Source: Clostridia bacterium (GTDB taxonomy: Bacteria > Bacillota > Clostridia > TANB77 > CAG-508). From it: a stretch of DNA of 64,000 nt. Below are positions 32,763-44,458 of the stretch, piece after piece (the stretch's first letter is position 1; each line of letters begins with the position of its first letter). The position numbers were made by a program, and so were the translations under genes. Below the pieces are notes generated by a model. That model worked only from the letters and a program-made list of their open reading frames with translations. It searched no databases and had not been told where the DNA came from. The stretch lies in the NCBI GenBank assembly GCA_022792135.1, contig JAAWAM010000015.1, positions 4,537-68,536 of the forward strand, in the 5' to 3' direction.

Positions 32763-34427
32763 ATGAAAAAAGAAAAGAAAAAAAGACTAAGTGCAAATGT
32801 AAAATTTACGATATTAGCCATCTTACTAATTGCTATTTTTTGCCTTGCATTAACACCAGTAACCCTGCAAAATGACACTTATTATACCATAAAAATTGGA
32901 GAACATATCATGAAAGAAGGAGTTGATAGACAAGACCCTTTTTCTTGGCATGAAAATTTAGCATATACCTATCCCCATTGGGCATATGATGTGGCAACCT
33001 ATTTGATTTATGATGCATTTGGAATGACAGGAATTTATATAACAACTTGTATGTTAGCAGTCATTCTAGGAATATCCGTTTATTTCGTCAATACCAAACT
33101 GGTCAAAAATCAAATTTTCTCTTTTCTAATAACCATAGGTGTCATGTATTTATTACGAAGTTATATCGCAGCAAGAGCACAATTAGTAACCTTCATCCTA
33201 TTTATTTGGACTATTTTCTTAATCGAAAAATTTTTAGAATCCAGAAAGAAAAGGTATGCAATAGGGCTAATTATCATACCATTTATCATTGCTAATGTTC
33301 ATTTAGCAGTATTCCCATTTTACTTTATACTTTACTTGCCATATATTGCAGAATATATCATTGCCAGTTTTGCAGAAATAATTATATATAGAAAAAACAG
33401 CATCAAAGAATTAAAAAGAAAGATAGCTAAGTTAGCAAAAAGTGGTGGAAACCAAGAAAAGAAAGAAGCATTAGAAAAAGAATTAAAAAAACTAGAAGAA
33501 AAAGTAGATAAAATAAAAGTAAAAAGAAGCAAAGAATTAAAAGAACCATATAAAATAAGATTAACCAAAAATGATAATGTCAAATGGTTGATTTTGGTCA
33601 TGATAATTTGTTTGTTAACAGGATTATTAACACCATTAGGAACTACACCTTATACTTATTTAGTAAAAACAATGCAAGGAAATACAACCCAAAACATTAA
33701 TGAACATTTACCAATGACACTTGCCAATAACACAGAAATGATATGTACTTTAATTCTATTTTTAGCAATTTTAATCTTCACTAAAGTAAAAATTAGATTA
33801 AGTGACTTATTTATGTTAGGAGGACTATGTTACTTAATGTTAACCTCTAAAAGGCAACTAACTATGTTTGTATTAATTTGTTCTGTTATCTTAAATCGAT
33901 TTATGGTAGAATTACTACAACGATATACCAAAGTAAGGGTAGAAGAAATAACGAAAAAAATGACAAATGTGATAACAATCATTACCATTACATTAGTTAT
34001 GTTAGGATTCAGCTATTATATGGCAGAAGACAAATTTAACGATACTTATGTAGATGAAACATCCTATCCTGTACAAGCCTGTGACTATATTTTAGAAAAT
34101 ATCGATTTAGGAAAAGCAAGATTTTACAATGAATACAACTATGGAAGTTATCTATTATATAGAGGAATACCAGTATTTATCGACTCAAGAGCAGATTTAT
34201 ATGCACCGGAATTTAGCGGAAAAAAAGATGATATTTTTATGGATTTTATAGAAACTTCTAATATTAGTACATTTTATGAAGATACCTTTGAGAAATATAA
34301 TATTACTCATGTTATCACATACAAGAACTCAAAAATGAATATGATTATCACAAAAACAAAAGACGAAAAATACAAAGAATTATATAGTGACAGAAGCTTT
34401 GTAGTATATGAGAGAGTATCCAATTAG
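32763..34427 (+). CDS. polytopic membrane protein, GT-C glycosyltransferase-like
   Basis: NDTYYTIKIGE..DPFSW, many TMs, YNYGSYLLY..FIDSRADLY. Confidence 0.65.
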   Translation: MKKEKKKRLSANVKFTILAILLIAIFCLALTPVTLQNDTYYTIKIGEHIMKEGVDRQDPFSWHENLAYTYPHWAYDVATYLIYDAFGMTGIYITTCMLAVILGISVYFVNTKLVKNQIFSFLITIGVMYLLRSYIAARAQLVTFILFIWTIFLIEKFLESRKKRYAIGLIIIPFIIANVHLAVFPFYFILYLPYIAEYIIASFAEIIIYRKNSIKELKRKIAKLAKSGGNQEKKEALEKELKKLEEKVDKIKVKRSKELKEPYKIRLTKNDNVKWLILVMIICLLTGLLTPLGTTPYTYLVKTMQGNTTQNINEHLPMTLANNTEMICTLILFLAILIFTKVKIRLSDLFMLGGLCYLMLTSKRQLTMFVLICSVILNRFMVELLQRYTKVRVEEITKKMTNVITIITITLVMLGFSYYMAEDKFNDTYVDETSYPVQACDYILENIDLGKARFYNEYNYGSYLLYRGIPVFIDSRADLYAPEFSGKKDDIFMDFIETSNISTFYEDTFEKYNITHVITYKNSKMNMIITKTKDEKYKELYSDRSFVVYERVSN

Positions 34428-34450
34428 GAATGGATAGAAAAGGAAGTAAA

Positions 34451-35365
34451 ATGATAAAAATAATCGTAAAAAAGGAAGAATGTAATCAAAGAATTGACTC
34501 ATATCTATCCCAAAAAAATAAGGATATTTCAAGAGTTGCTGTGCAACGTCTTGTGAAAGAAGAAAAAGTGCGAGTCAATGGGAAAAAAATAAAGGCATCC
34601 TATAAAGTGCAAGAAAATGACCAAATCACATTAGAAGAGGAAAAACCAAAAGAAATTGCCTTAAAAGCACAAGATATACCAATTAAAGTAATCTACGAAG
34701 ATCAAGATATTATTGTGGTAAATAAACCAAAAGGATTAGTGGTACACCCTGCTAATGGCAATCCAGATGGAACATTAGTTAATGCTATCATGGCAATCTG
34801 TAAAGATTCTTTATCCGGAATTGGAGGAGAAATTAGACCAGGAATCGTACACCGACTAGACAAAGATACCTCAGGAATTTTAATCATTGCCAAAAATGAT
34901 AAAGCACATATTAATATGAGTGAGCAAATCAAAGAACACAAAGTGGAAAAAACTTATATTGCACTTGTAAAAGGTGTAGTAAAAGAAAACGAAGCTACCA
35001 TTCATATGCCAATTGGAAGAAGTCCAAAAGACAGAAAGAAAATGGCAGTAGTAAAAACAGGAAAAGACGCCATTACCCATTTTAAAGTCTTAAAAAGATA
35101 TGACAATTACACGTTACTAGAAGTCAAAATAGAAACGGGAAGAACACATCAAATAAGAGTTCACTTATCTCAAATAGGGTATCCTATCGTAGGAGATATG
35201 ACCTATTCCAATGGAAAGAATAAGTGGAAAATAGAAGGACAATGTTTGCATGCAAAAAGTTTAAAATTCAGACATCCCATTACCAATCAAGAGATGTTTT
35301 TAGAAGCAGAATTACCAAAATATTTGGAAGCGATATTAAAAGAGTTGAAACAAAGAGAACTATAA
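34451..35365 (+). CDS. rluD: RluA/RluD family pseudouridine synthase
   Basis: S4 domain, VNKPKGLVVHP, HRLDKDTSG, TGRTHQIRVH. Confidence 0.9.
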   Translation: MIKIIVKKEECNQRIDSYLSQKNKDISRVAVQRLVKEEKVRVNGKKIKASYKVQENDQITLEEEKPKEIALKAQDIPIKVIYEDQDIIVVNKPKGLVVHPANGNPDGTLVNAIMAICKDSLSGIGGEIRPGIVHRLDKDTSGILIIAKNDKAHINMSEQIKEHKVEKTYIALVKGVVKENEATIHMPIGRSPKDRKKMAVVKTGKDAITHFKVLKRYDNYTLLEVKIETGRTHQIRVHLSQIGYPIVGDMTYSNGKNKWKIEGQCLHAKSLKFRHPITNQEMFLEAELPKYLEAILKELKQREL

Positions 35366-35390
35366 TTCAAGTGTTTCAACAGGAGGAAGA

Positions 35391-36136
35391 ATGGAACAAG
35401 AAAAAATAAGATTACAAAAATACCTAGCAAATGCGGGGATAGCATCTAGAAGAAAGGCAGAAGAACTAATTTTACAAGGAAAAGTTAGTGTAAATGGAAG
35501 AATTGTGACAGAATTAGGAACCAAAATTGTACCACAGGAAGATAAAGTTATCTATAAGGAAAAAGAAGTCGTAGTTAAACAAGAAAAGATTTATATTCTT
35601 TTAAATAAACCAATTGGTTATGTAACAACTGCCAAAGAGCAATTTAACAGAGATTCTGTGTTAGATTTAGTCAAGGTAAAAAACAGATTGGTTCCAGTGC
35701 GGTAGATTAGACATGTATACTTCAGGTGCTTTAATTCTTACCAATGATGGTGAGTTTGTCTATCAAGTAACCCATCCAAAACATGAAATTGAAAAAACTT
35801 ATACCGTAACCATAAAAGGCATCGTAAAGCAAGAAGAAGTAGAACAATTAAGAAAGGGAGTTAAGATAGAAGATTATAAAACCAAACCAGCAAAAGTAAA
35901 GATTTTAAAAACAGAGGAAGAAAAAAATCAGTCTAGATTAGAAATTACCATTCATGAAGGAAAAAACAGACAAGTCAGGAAAATGTGTGAGGCAATAGGG
36001 CATCATGTTTTAGCTTTGCATAGGAGTAAAATTGCAGGTATTGGAGTAAAAGATATTCCACTTCGGAAAATGGAGATATTTAGACAGTAAGGAAATAACA
36101 AAAATTTTAAATCAAAATATTGAAAAAAGATATTAG
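35391..36136 (+). CDS. rluB: RluB/RsuA family pseudouridine synthase, about 247 aa with +1 at CGG 35700 and CGG 36064
   Basis: RLQKYLANAGIASRRKAE, NKPIG; catalytic V-GRLD and C-terminal L-GKWRYL appear only after skipping C. Confidence 0.88.
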
Positions 36137-36180
36137 AAAATATATAATAAAACAAACATAAGATAAAAGGAGAAAAACAA

Positions 36181-36984
36181 ATGAATGCATTAAAATTTGT
36201 ACCAGAGGGATGGAATAATGAGATTACCCAAATCAATCAAACAAATTTAAATCAATACCTAGAAAATAATCAGATATTACAAGGATTAGTAAAAGAATGT
36301 GACAGTAACTATAATTTGTATGTTAATTTTGAAAATGGGTTAAATGGAGTGATACCAAGAGAAGAAATAGAAGGAATTAACTTACAAGAAGATGGCTTAC
36401 CAAAAGTCAACTTATGTACAGGAAAAGTGCACAAATTTGTACAATTTAAAGTAAAAGAAATAGACAGTCAAAATCGAGTCATTTTGTCTAGAAAGCAAGT
36501 ACAAGAAGAAGCATTAAGTTGGGTAAAAAATGATTTAAAAGTGGGTGACAAAGTAACAGGCATTGTTAAAAGTATTAAACCATATGGAGCATTTATCGAA
36601 ATTGGTGGTGGCGTAGTCGGTCTTGCACACATAGAAGATTTATCAGTTGCTAGAATCAAAACACCATATGAAAGGGTAAAAATTGGACAAAAAGTCGAAG
36701 TTATGGTAAAATCTATTAATAGAGAACAAGGAAAGATAATTTTATCCTATAAAGAAACATTAGGATCTTGGGAAGAAAATGCCCAAAAATTTACATCTGG
36801 TATCAAAGTAAAAGGAAAAGTAAGAGAAACAGAAAAGAACAAAAATGGAATTTTTATTGAACTGACTCCGAATTTAGTTGGTATGGCAGAATATGAAGAA
36901 GGGCTTAAATATGGACAAGAGGTAGAAGTTTATATAAAAAAAATTGATACCAATCGAAAAAAGGTAAAATTAGTAATTGTCTAA
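36181..36984 (+). CDS. S1 RNA-binding domain protein (three S1 repeats)
   Basis: VTGIVKSIKPYGAFIEIGGGVVGLAHI, ILSRK, ILSYK. Confidence 0.85.
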   Translation: MNALKFVPEGWNNEITQINQTNLNQYLENNQILQGLVKECDSNYNLYVNFENGLNGVIPREEIEGINLQEDGLPKVNLCTGKVHKFVQFKVKEIDSQNRVILSRKQVQEEALSWVKNDLKVGDKVTGIVKSIKPYGAFIEIGGGVVGLAHIEDLSVARIKTPYERVKIGQKVEVMVKSINREQGKIILSYKETLGSWEENAQKFTSGIKVKGKVRETEKNKNGIFIELTPNLVGMAEYEEGLKYGQEVEVYIKKIDTNRKKVKLVIV

Positions 36985-37030
36985 GTAAAAATTAAGTATA
37001 GATAGTTCTATACTAAGAGGAGGAATTAGT

Positions 37031-37966
37031 ATGGTTGAAGATAACCAAATAAAAGCACAAGTATCACCTTTTGCCATTCGAGAAGGAGAAATTAAAACAT
37101 TCGATGGAAAAGATGGATATGTATCTATGAATCAAATTGTACATAAGATTAATATTGGGCATATCAATGAAATTCATTTTGCTATTTTAGATTTAGTAAA
37201 TGAATTTGAATTTATAACTTCAAGACAGTTATACCAAATGCTTGAAATAAAAGGAATTGACCCAAAATCACAAGACAAATTAAATAATAAATTAGATCAA
37301 TTAGTAAAATCTAAAATCTTAACAAGATATTACTTTACTTCAGATGAAGGAAAAGGAATTTATAGAATTTATTGTTTAGAAAAAATGGGAAAATACTTAT
37401 TAAATTCAAAAGAAGTAGAATGTAAATGGCAACCATCTGACAATACAAAAACAGTTCCTATGATTAAGAAAAGATTAGCTGGAAATCAAACTTTAATTGC
37501 TTATTTAAGAAAAGTAAAAGCATTTGATTGTTATGTTGTAAAACCAGCAATTACCGCAAAAGTATCTGGAAAAAAATTTAAAGCGACTGGTGGAGCTGTA
37601 AAATTAACTAAGAATAAAAAATCAATACAATTCGTATTTGAAGTCGTTAGAAGAGAAATGGACTGGCAAAACAAAATCATTGAAAAAATGAGATTATATA
37701 AAGACTTTTATGAGAACTTTATAGTAGGAGACTCAGGATTCTCAAACTTACCACAATTAATCTTAATATGTGAGGATGAAAAACATATGGCAGAAACATT
37801 TAAAGAAATCATAACAAATGAAGTTGAGATTCCGCAAATAAAGTTATATTTCACAACAGACTTAAGACAAAATGAAGAAACATTACAAAATACATTAGTT
37901 GAATTTAAGTTAATAGATGGAAAATATAAGATGGAGAATGTAGAATTGAAATTGTTAGGAATGTAA
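37031..37966 (+). CDS. hypothetical winged-helix protein (replication-relaxation-like)
   Basis: FEFITSRQL..L..LVKSKIL..YCLEKMGKYLL pattern; strong RBS. Confidence 0.5.
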   Translation: MVEDNQIKAQVSPFAIREGEIKTFDGKDGYVSMNQIVHKINIGHINEIHFAILDLVNEFEFITSRQLYQMLEIKGIDPKSQDKLNNKLDQLVKSKILTRYYFTSDEGKGIYRIYCLEKMGKYLLNSKEVECKWQPSDNTKTVPMIKKRLAGNQTLIAYLRKVKAFDCYVVKPAITAKVSGKKFKATGGAVKLTKNKKSIQFVFEVVRREMDWQNKIIEKMRLYKDFYENFIVGDSGFSNLPQLILICEDEKHMAETFKEIITNEVEIPQIKLYFTTDLRQNEETLQNTLVEFKLIDGKYKMENVELKLLGM

Positions 37967-38010
37967 AGAAAAAAGAATGTACATAAAGTGTGCATTCTTT
38001 TTTTAGCTCT

Positions 38011-38238
38011 CTAAGTCATATTATTAGATTTTGGATAGGGTTTCATCTCATCTGTTAAACCTAAAATGTAATCTGTTGATGTATTATAAAATGAGGCTAG
38101 TCTAATTAAATGATCTACTTGAATGGTATTGATTCCATTTTCTATTTGTGAATAACTATTTTGTTGTATTCCTAATAGTTCAGCAATTTCAATTTGTTTT
38201 TTATCTTTATCTTCTCTTAATTCTCTAATTCTCAACAA
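38011..38238 (-). CDS. XRE family HTH regulator
   Basis: RIRELREDKDKKQIEIAELLGI..YSQIENG..STDYILG. Confidence 0.88.
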   Translation of the reverse strand: MLRIRELREDKDKKQIEIAELLGIQQNSYSQIENGINTIQVDHLIRLASFYNTSTDYILGLTDEMKPYPKSNNMT

Positions 38239-38354
38239 TTTAATTCACTCCCAAAATAATTTTATAATATCTTTTTAGGAGATATTGACTTATATCTTTA
38301 ATAATGATATAAATATATACAATATTTGACAAAAATAGTGGAGGGGAAAATTTT

Positions 38355-40403
38355 ATGGAATATTTAAAAAGAAAAAGTGGTATCACACTAATTAGCATGG
38401 TCATTCTAATCATCATTTTGTTAATAATAGCACAAGTAAGTATAGTAACATTAACAGGAGAAAATGGAATCATAACAAAAGCAAGTGAATCCAAAATAAT
38501 GACAGCATTAGGAAACATAAAAGAAAAAATAGAACTAGATAAAACAAACAATTTAATGGAAAATAAAAATACAACAGTAGAACAATTGTTAGCAGATGGA
38601 AAGATAAAAAGAATTGTACAGGAAGAAGGAGAAAACTATCGATTACATTATGTTATTAAACCAGGAGCTTACCAAGGGATGCAAGGATTAGGAAAAGGAA
38701 CAGCAGTAACTTTAAAAGATGTATTTTTAATTGATTATGAATTTCATGTTAAATATATAGACAAAAGTGGAAAAGAATATGGAGATAATATAGAAGAGAA
38801 AATTTTAGAAGACGATACAGAAATAAGATTTGCTAGTAAAGCATTTAGTGAATATGTATCTAAAATATCAGGAGTAACTGAAACAGAATTGAAATTCAAA
38901 TGGATGAAGAACCAAACAACTCTAAAAATTGCCGATCGTAATATTGATAGTCTAGAAGATTTAGTGTTCTTTCCTAATTTAACTAATTTAACATTAGGAA
39001 ATTGGGATAAAAATTGCCCTCAAGTTACTACATTAGATGGGGTAGAATACTGTAAAAAACTTACTAATATTAGCATATTATATGGAGTAGATAAAGATTA
39101 TACAGCATTAACCTATTTACCCAATTTAAAAAGTTTTGCTAAATATGGTGGAAATGATTGGAATAATATTATAGATGCTTTAAAATTTTGTAGTGGAATA
39201 AAAAATGTTAGTATACTAGAGCAGCAAATAAAAAATATGAGTAGAATTGCAGAATTAGGTAATTTGGAAAGTTTAGATTTAAGTGATAATCAGATAACAA
39301 AAATAGAAGGGCTAAAAGATAAAACAACCATTATAAATCTTAATTTAACAAATAACCAAATAACGAAAATAGAGGGGCTAGAAAATTTAGTAAATTTAAA
39401 AAACTTATCTTTAAAAGGAAATCAAATAAGCGATATAACACCTCTAAGTAAAAATAGTTCACTGATACAATTAAACTTACAGGAAAATTTGCAAATAGAT
39501 GGAGATAGGAGTCATTATATAGGAGAAAAATTAGAGGCTCTAAATAAAATAGGAGAGATATTAGATAGAAATGGGCAAATTAATCTAGATATAGATAAAT
39601 TAGGTTTATTTACAAATTATAAAAAATTGAATTTAGAAAGACAAGGATTAACAACATTAGAGCCATTAGAGGGATTAACAGAGCTAACAGAACTGATTTT
39701 AGATAATAATCAATTAACATTAGCGGATAAAAAATCACAAGATATATTAAAAAGTATGAAGAATCTACGAACATTAAGTTTAGTTAGTAACAATATTACA
39801 AATATATCAGTAATTAATGGTTTAGAAAATTTAAAAACATTATCTTTAGTCAATAATAATGTGAATTTAGTAGAAATAGAAGATATTATTTCAAATTTAA
39901 ATACTTTAACAGTTTCAAACAACAGTTTAAAGACAATCGTAAATTGTGATGTTAATAAGATAACAAGATTGAGGATTCCTTATGTTGGAAATTTAAAAGA
40001 AATTCCTGACTTATCTAAATTTACATTATTGACTGAACTTTATATTGTAAGTAATCCTAGTATAAGCAATTTTGATATAATATCCAAAATAACAAGCTTA
40101 CAATCACTTGATTTGACAGACAATAATTTGCAGGGAAGAATGATTGATTTTTCAAAACTAACCAATTTAACAAATCTTAATTTAGGTAGTAATACATTAT
40201 GGACAGAAGACTTAGAAAAGCTAAAAGCGTTAAGGAATAATACTAATTTAACAATAAATTTAGATCATAATTCTATTATAAATGCCAATGCATTGTTAGT
40301 ACTAGATACAACTTGTAAAATTAATTTAAAAAATAATGTAAATCTAACACAAGAATCTAAGAACACATTAAAAGAAAGATTTGGAAGTAATGTTATCTTT
40401 TAA
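38355..40403 (+). CDS. leucine-rich repeat surface protein with prepilin-like N-terminus
   Basis: KSG|ITLISMVILIIILLII then LxxLxLxxNxI repeats. Confidence 0.85.
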   Translation: MEYLKRKSGITLISMVILIIILLIIAQVSIVTLTGENGIITKASESKIMTALGNIKEKIELDKTNNLMENKNTTVEQLLADGKIKRIVQEEGENYRLHYVIKPGAYQGMQGLGKGTAVTLKDVFLIDYEFHVKYIDKSGKEYGDNIEEKILEDDTEIRFASKAFSEYVSKISGVTETELKFKWMKNQTTLKIADRNIDSLEDLVFFPNLTNLTLGNWDKNCPQVTTLDGVEYCKKLTNISILYGVDKDYTALTYLPNLKSFAKYGGNDWNNIIDALKFCSGIKNVSILEQQIKNMSRIAELGNLESLDLSDNQITKIEGLKDKTTIINLNLTNNQITKIEGLENLVNLKNLSLKGNQISDITPLSKNSSLIQLNLQENLQIDGDRSHYIGEKLEALNKIGEILDRNGQINLDIDKLGLFTNYKKLNLERQGLTTLEPLEGLTELTELILDNNQLTLADKKSQDILKSMKNLRTLSLVSNNITNISVINGLENLKTLSLVNNNVNLVEIEDIISNLNTLTVSNNSLKTIVNCDVNKITRLRIPYVGNLKEIPDLSKFTLLTELYIVSNPSISNFDIISKITSLQSLDLTDNNLQGRMIDFSKLTNLTNLNLGSNTLWTEDLEKLKALRNNTNLTINLDHNSIINANALLVLDTTCKINLKNNVNLTQESKNTLKERFGSNVIF

Positions 40404-40509
40404 TGATTATAATAAATAAAAGAAATAGAAATAAAAGAGTGAAAAAACATAGCAAAATCAATAAAAGATTGCTATGTTTTTTTGGGATAAATAAACATTT
40501 AGAACAGCT

Positions 40510-41247
40510 TTAAACGGTATCAAGTTTTAATATTTTTTTAGCTCTTTGTACATCCTTATTGGTTGCTTGTCTAACATCTTTAAAATCATATGAAAAACCA
40601 AGCTTTTTCCATTTGAATTCGCCAACATTATGATAAGGAAGTATTTCTACCTTTTCTACTGTTTTAAGGGTAGAGATAAAATCTTTTAGTTTGAATAAAT
40701 CTTCTTCCTCATCTGTATAACCAGGAATTAAAACCTGTCGAATCCAGATAGGAATAGAATGTTCACTCAAATAGTTAGCAAATGTCAACTCTAATTTGTT
40801 AGATTTTCCAACTAAAGTTTTGCATTTTTCATCATCAATATGTTTAATATCTAATAAAACTAAATCGGTCACACTTAAAACCTTTTTAACATCTTCTGTT
40901 AAAGCTACCATACCAGAAGTATCAATACAAGTATGAATGCCTTCTTTTTTTAATCTTCTAAATAATTCATAAATGAATTTAGCTTGTAAAAGAGGTTCAC
41001 CACCAGTAATAGTAACACCACCACGAGGATAAATATAGTTTTTATATTTCATAATTTTATCGAATATTTCATCTAAAGATTGATAGCTACCTCTATTTAT
41101 GTCCCAAGTATCTCGATTATGACAGTATTTACATTGTAAATGACAGCCTTGTAAAAACAGCACAAATCGAATGCCAGGACCATCAACAGTACCAAAAGAT
41201 TCAACAGAATGAACCTTGGCATAATATTGTAAGTCTTTTTCTCTCAT
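40510..41247 (-). CDS. pflA: pyruvate formate-lyase activating enzyme
   Basis: ESFGTVDGPGIRF, CxxxCxYCHN radical SAM motif. Confidence 0.95.
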   Translation of the reverse strand: MREKDLQYYAKVHSVESFGTVDGPGIRFVLFLQGCHLQCKYCHNRDTWDINRGSYQSLDEIFDKIMKYKNYIYPRGGVTITGGEPLLQAKFIYELFRRLKKEGIHTCIDTSGMVALTEDVKKVLSVTDLVLLDIKHIDDEKCKTLVGKSNKLELTFANYLSEHSIPIWIRQVLIPGYTDEEEDLFKLKDFISTLKTVEKVEILPYHNVGEFKWKKLGFSYDFKDVRQATNKDVQRAKKILKLDTV

Positions 41248-41270
41248 TTTATTTGCTCCTATTTTAATAA

Positions 41271-41344
41271 ATGGTCAATTAGGGACAGGTCCTCTTTTAC
41301 CATTTTTGTGAATGGTCAATCAGTACCTGTCCCCATTTAGCCAT
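41271..41344. repeat. REP-like palindrome
   Basis: GGGACAGGT...ACCTGTCCC inverted pair. Confidence 0.6.
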
Positions 41345-41345
41345 A

Positions 41346-43583
41346 TTAAATTCTTTCATGTATGGTTCGATTGATTACATCTAATTGTTGTTCTCTTGTT
41401 AATTTGGTAAAGTTAACAGCGTAACCAGAAACGCGGATGGTTAATTGAGGGTATTTTTCTGGATGTTCCATAGCATCTTCTAGTAAGCTTCTATCAAATA
41501 CATTTACATTGATATGATGACCAGTTTGTGCAAAATAGCCATCTAACATATTGACCAAATTGTCAACTCTTTCTTCTTCTGATTTACCAAGTGTGCCAGG
41601 TGTAATAGAGAAGGTATAAGAGATTCCGTCTTGTGCTGAGTCAAATGGTAATTTAGCAATGGAGTTCATAACAGATAAAGCACCATTGGTATCCCTTCCA
41701 TGAAGTGGATTAGCACCAGGACCAAATGGCGTACCTGCTGTTCTTCCATCTGGTGTATTTCCAGTTGCTTTACCATAAACAACATTGGAAGTAATCGTTA
41801 AGATAGATAAGGTATGTGTTGAATTTCGATAGGTTTGATGTTTTCTTAATTTGTTCATGAAAGTTTTTACAATATCAACAGCAATTTGGTCAACTTTATC
41901 ATCGTCATTACCGTATTTAGGAAAATCACCTTCTACTTCATAGTCAACAGCTAAACCAGTTTCATCTCGAATCACTTTTACTTTCGCATATTGAATCGCA
42001 GATAGGGAATCAGCAACTACAGATAAACCAGCAATTCCACAGGCCATTGTTCGATAGATTTCTCGATCATGTAATGCCATTTCAAGTGCTTCGTAGGAAT
42101 ATTTATCATGCATATAATGGATAGCATTTAAAGCTTTAATATAAATTTTAGCTACATAATCCATCATTTGGTCAAATTTTTCCATGACTTCATCATAATT
42201 TAAATATTCAGAAGTAATGGGTTCATATTTTGGCGTTATTTGTTTTCCTGATTTTTCATCTCTACCACCATTAATAGCATATAGTAATGTTTTGGCTAAG
42301 TTAGCTCTTGCTCCAAAAAATTGCATTTGTTTACCAATTTTCATAGGAGAGACACAACAAGCGATTCCATAGTCATCTCCTAAAGTAATTCTCATTAAAT
42401 CATCGTTTTCATATTGAATCGATGAAGTTTTGATGGATAAATCAGTGGTGAATTTTTTAAATCCTTCTGGTAATTTAGTTGACCAAAGAACCGTTAAGTT
42501 TGGTTCTGGTGCAGGTCCTAAATTTTCTAATGTGTGTAAAACTCTAAAGGAATTTTTGGTTACTAAAGTTCTTCCATCAATTCCCATACCACCAATACTT
42601 TCGGTTACCCATACAGGGTCACCACTAAATAGTTCATTATATTCAGGTGTTCTTAAAAATCTGACTAATCTTAATTTCATAACAAAGTGGTCCATAATTT
42701 CTTGTGCTTCTTCTTCTGTTATGACACCATTTTTTAAATCTCTTTCAAAATAGATGTCTAAGAAAGTAGAAGTTCTACCAATACTCATAGCAGCACCGTT
42801 TTGGTCTTTGATGGCTCCTAAATATCCAAAATATAGCCATTGTACAGCTTCTTTTGCATTGGATGCTGGTTTTGAAATATCAAATCCGTATTTAGCTGCC
42901 ATAACTTTTAGTTCATTTAGGGCATGGATTTGCTCACTAATTTCTTCTCTTTCACGAATCGTTTTTTCTGTTAGCTCATCTACATTTAGTACTTCTAATT
43001 CTTGTTTCTTTTCTTCCATTAAAAGGTCTACACCATAAAGGGCTACTCTTCTATAATCCCCAATGATTCTTCCACGACCATATCCATCAGGAAGACCAGT
43101 GATTAAGTGTGAGCTTCTAGCAGCTCTAATGTCTGGCGTATAAACACTAAATACACCATCATTATGAGTTTTTCGATAGTGATGGAAAATTTCAGATACT
43201 TCTTCATCTACTTTTTTTCCATATGCTTCACATGATTTTTCTACAATTCGGATACCACCAAATGGCATAATAGCTCTTTTTAGGGGAGCATCTGTTTGAA
43301 GTCCAACAATATCTTCTAAATCTTGGTTGATATAACCAGCTTCATGAGCAGATATTGTTGAGATGGTTTTGGTATCTATATCTAGTACATTCCCTTCAGA
43401 GTCATGTTCTTTTTGGTAAAGTGCTAGGACTTCATCCCAAAGTTTTTTTGTCTTATCAGTGGTCCCTGCTAAAAAAGAACGATCCCCTTCATAAGGTGTG
43501 TAATTTTTTTGAATAAAATCTCTTACATTGATTTCTGATTCCCAATCTCCTTTTTGGAAATCTTTCCATTGTTCAAATTTCAT
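41346..43583 (-). CDS. pflB: formate C-acetyltransferase (pyruvate formate-lyase)
   Basis: IACCVS active site, TIRVSGYAV glycyl-radical loop. Confidence 0.97.
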   Translation of the reverse strand: MKFEQWKDFQKGDWESEINVRDFIQKNYTPYEGDRSFLAGTTDKTKKLWDEVLALYQKEHDSEGNVLDIDTKTISTISAHEAGYINQDLEDIVGLQTDAPLKRAIMPFGGIRIVEKSCEAYGKKVDEEVSEIFHHYRKTHNDGVFSVYTPDIRAARSSHLITGLPDGYGRGRIIGDYRRVALYGVDLLMEEKKQELEVLNVDELTEKTIREREEISEQIHALNELKVMAAKYGFDISKPASNAKEAVQWLYFGYLGAIKDQNGAAMSIGRTSTFLDIYFERDLKNGVITEEEAQEIMDHFVMKLRLVRFLRTPEYNELFSGDPVWVTESIGGMGIDGRTLVTKNSFRVLHTLENLGPAPEPNLTVLWSTKLPEGFKKFTTDLSIKTSSIQYENDDLMRITLGDDYGIACCVSPMKIGKQMQFFGARANLAKTLLYAINGGRDEKSGKQITPKYEPITSEYLNYDEVMEKFDQMMDYVAKIYIKALNAIHYMHDKYSYEALEMALHDREIYRTMACGIAGLSVVADSLSAIQYAKVKVIRDETGLAVDYEVEGDFPKYGNDDDKVDQIAVDIVKTFMNKLRKHQTYRNSTHTLSILTITSNVVYGKATGNTPDGRTAGTPFGPGANPLHGRDTNGALSVMNSIAKLPFDSAQDGISYTFSITPGTLGKSEEERVDNLVNMLDGYFAQTGHHINVNVFDRSLLEDAMEHPEKYPQLTIRVSGYAVNFTKLTREQQLDVINRTIHERI

Positions 43584-43771
43584 GTTTTACCTCCCATTTA
43601 ATATTATAATTATTATTCACATTTTTCCCATATATAATCATAACACAAGAAGAAAATATTAGCAATCATATTTGGGAAATTTTCGAATCCATCATACAAA
43701 TAATTCAAAGATAAAACTGTTGCAAAAGCAACAAAAAACCAATATTTTTCATATTGGTTTTTAAAACGAAA

Positions 43772-44119
43772 TTAAGACTCTTCTAAATCTGCTTTTTCTG
43801 ATTCAGCAATTACTTGTGCTACTTTATAAATTAATCTTTGGGTTTCAGGTGAGCAATTTTTTAATAATTCTGACAATTCCTTATCTAAATAATTTGTGGA
43901 ATCGCTAGAAGCACCATTTAAAATATATCCTTCTGAAACATCTAATAATCGACACAATTGATTTAGTCTTTTTAAATTAATATGTGAATTTCCTCTTTCT
44001 ACTCTACTTAAGAAAGCAACGGAAATATCAATTTTTTCTGCTAAATCTTCTTGTGTTAGGTTTTTTGCAAGTCTAGCGTGCTTTATTCTTTGACCGATTA
44101 CGTTATAATCTAAAGCCAT
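43772..44119 (-). CDS. XRE family HTH regulator
   Basis: IGQRIKHARLAKNLTQEDLAEKIDISVAFLSRVERG; start at MALDY with GGAAGGTG RBS. Confidence 0.85.
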   Translation of the reverse strand: MALDYNVIGQRIKHARLAKNLTQEDLAEKIDISVAFLSRVERGNSHINLKRLNQLCRLLDVSEGYILNGASSDSTNYLDKELSELLKNCSPETQRLIYKVAQVIAESEKADLEES

Positions 44120-44458
44120 TTTTATCACCTTCCTATTCTTTAGCCAAATAATAGCATTTTGCAGTTTAAATTTACAGAAACTCAAATATATAAATGTAAC
44201 ATATAAGTTAAGCATATAAAAATGATAGAAAAATAGAAAAAAATGAAAATAAATACTACGAAAAAACAAATAAAATAGAGAAAAAAAGAGATTTTGGAAG
44301 AAAAATATACCAAAATTAGAAAAAAACAGAAAAGTTTACAATTAAAATTGACAAATTGTCCTAAATTATGTATACATAATTTGATTTTTGGTAGAATATA
44401 TAGTATAATAAAGAATGGTTGCGTTTAGAAAAGTAGTCAAAAAGGAGAGTGAATCTAT

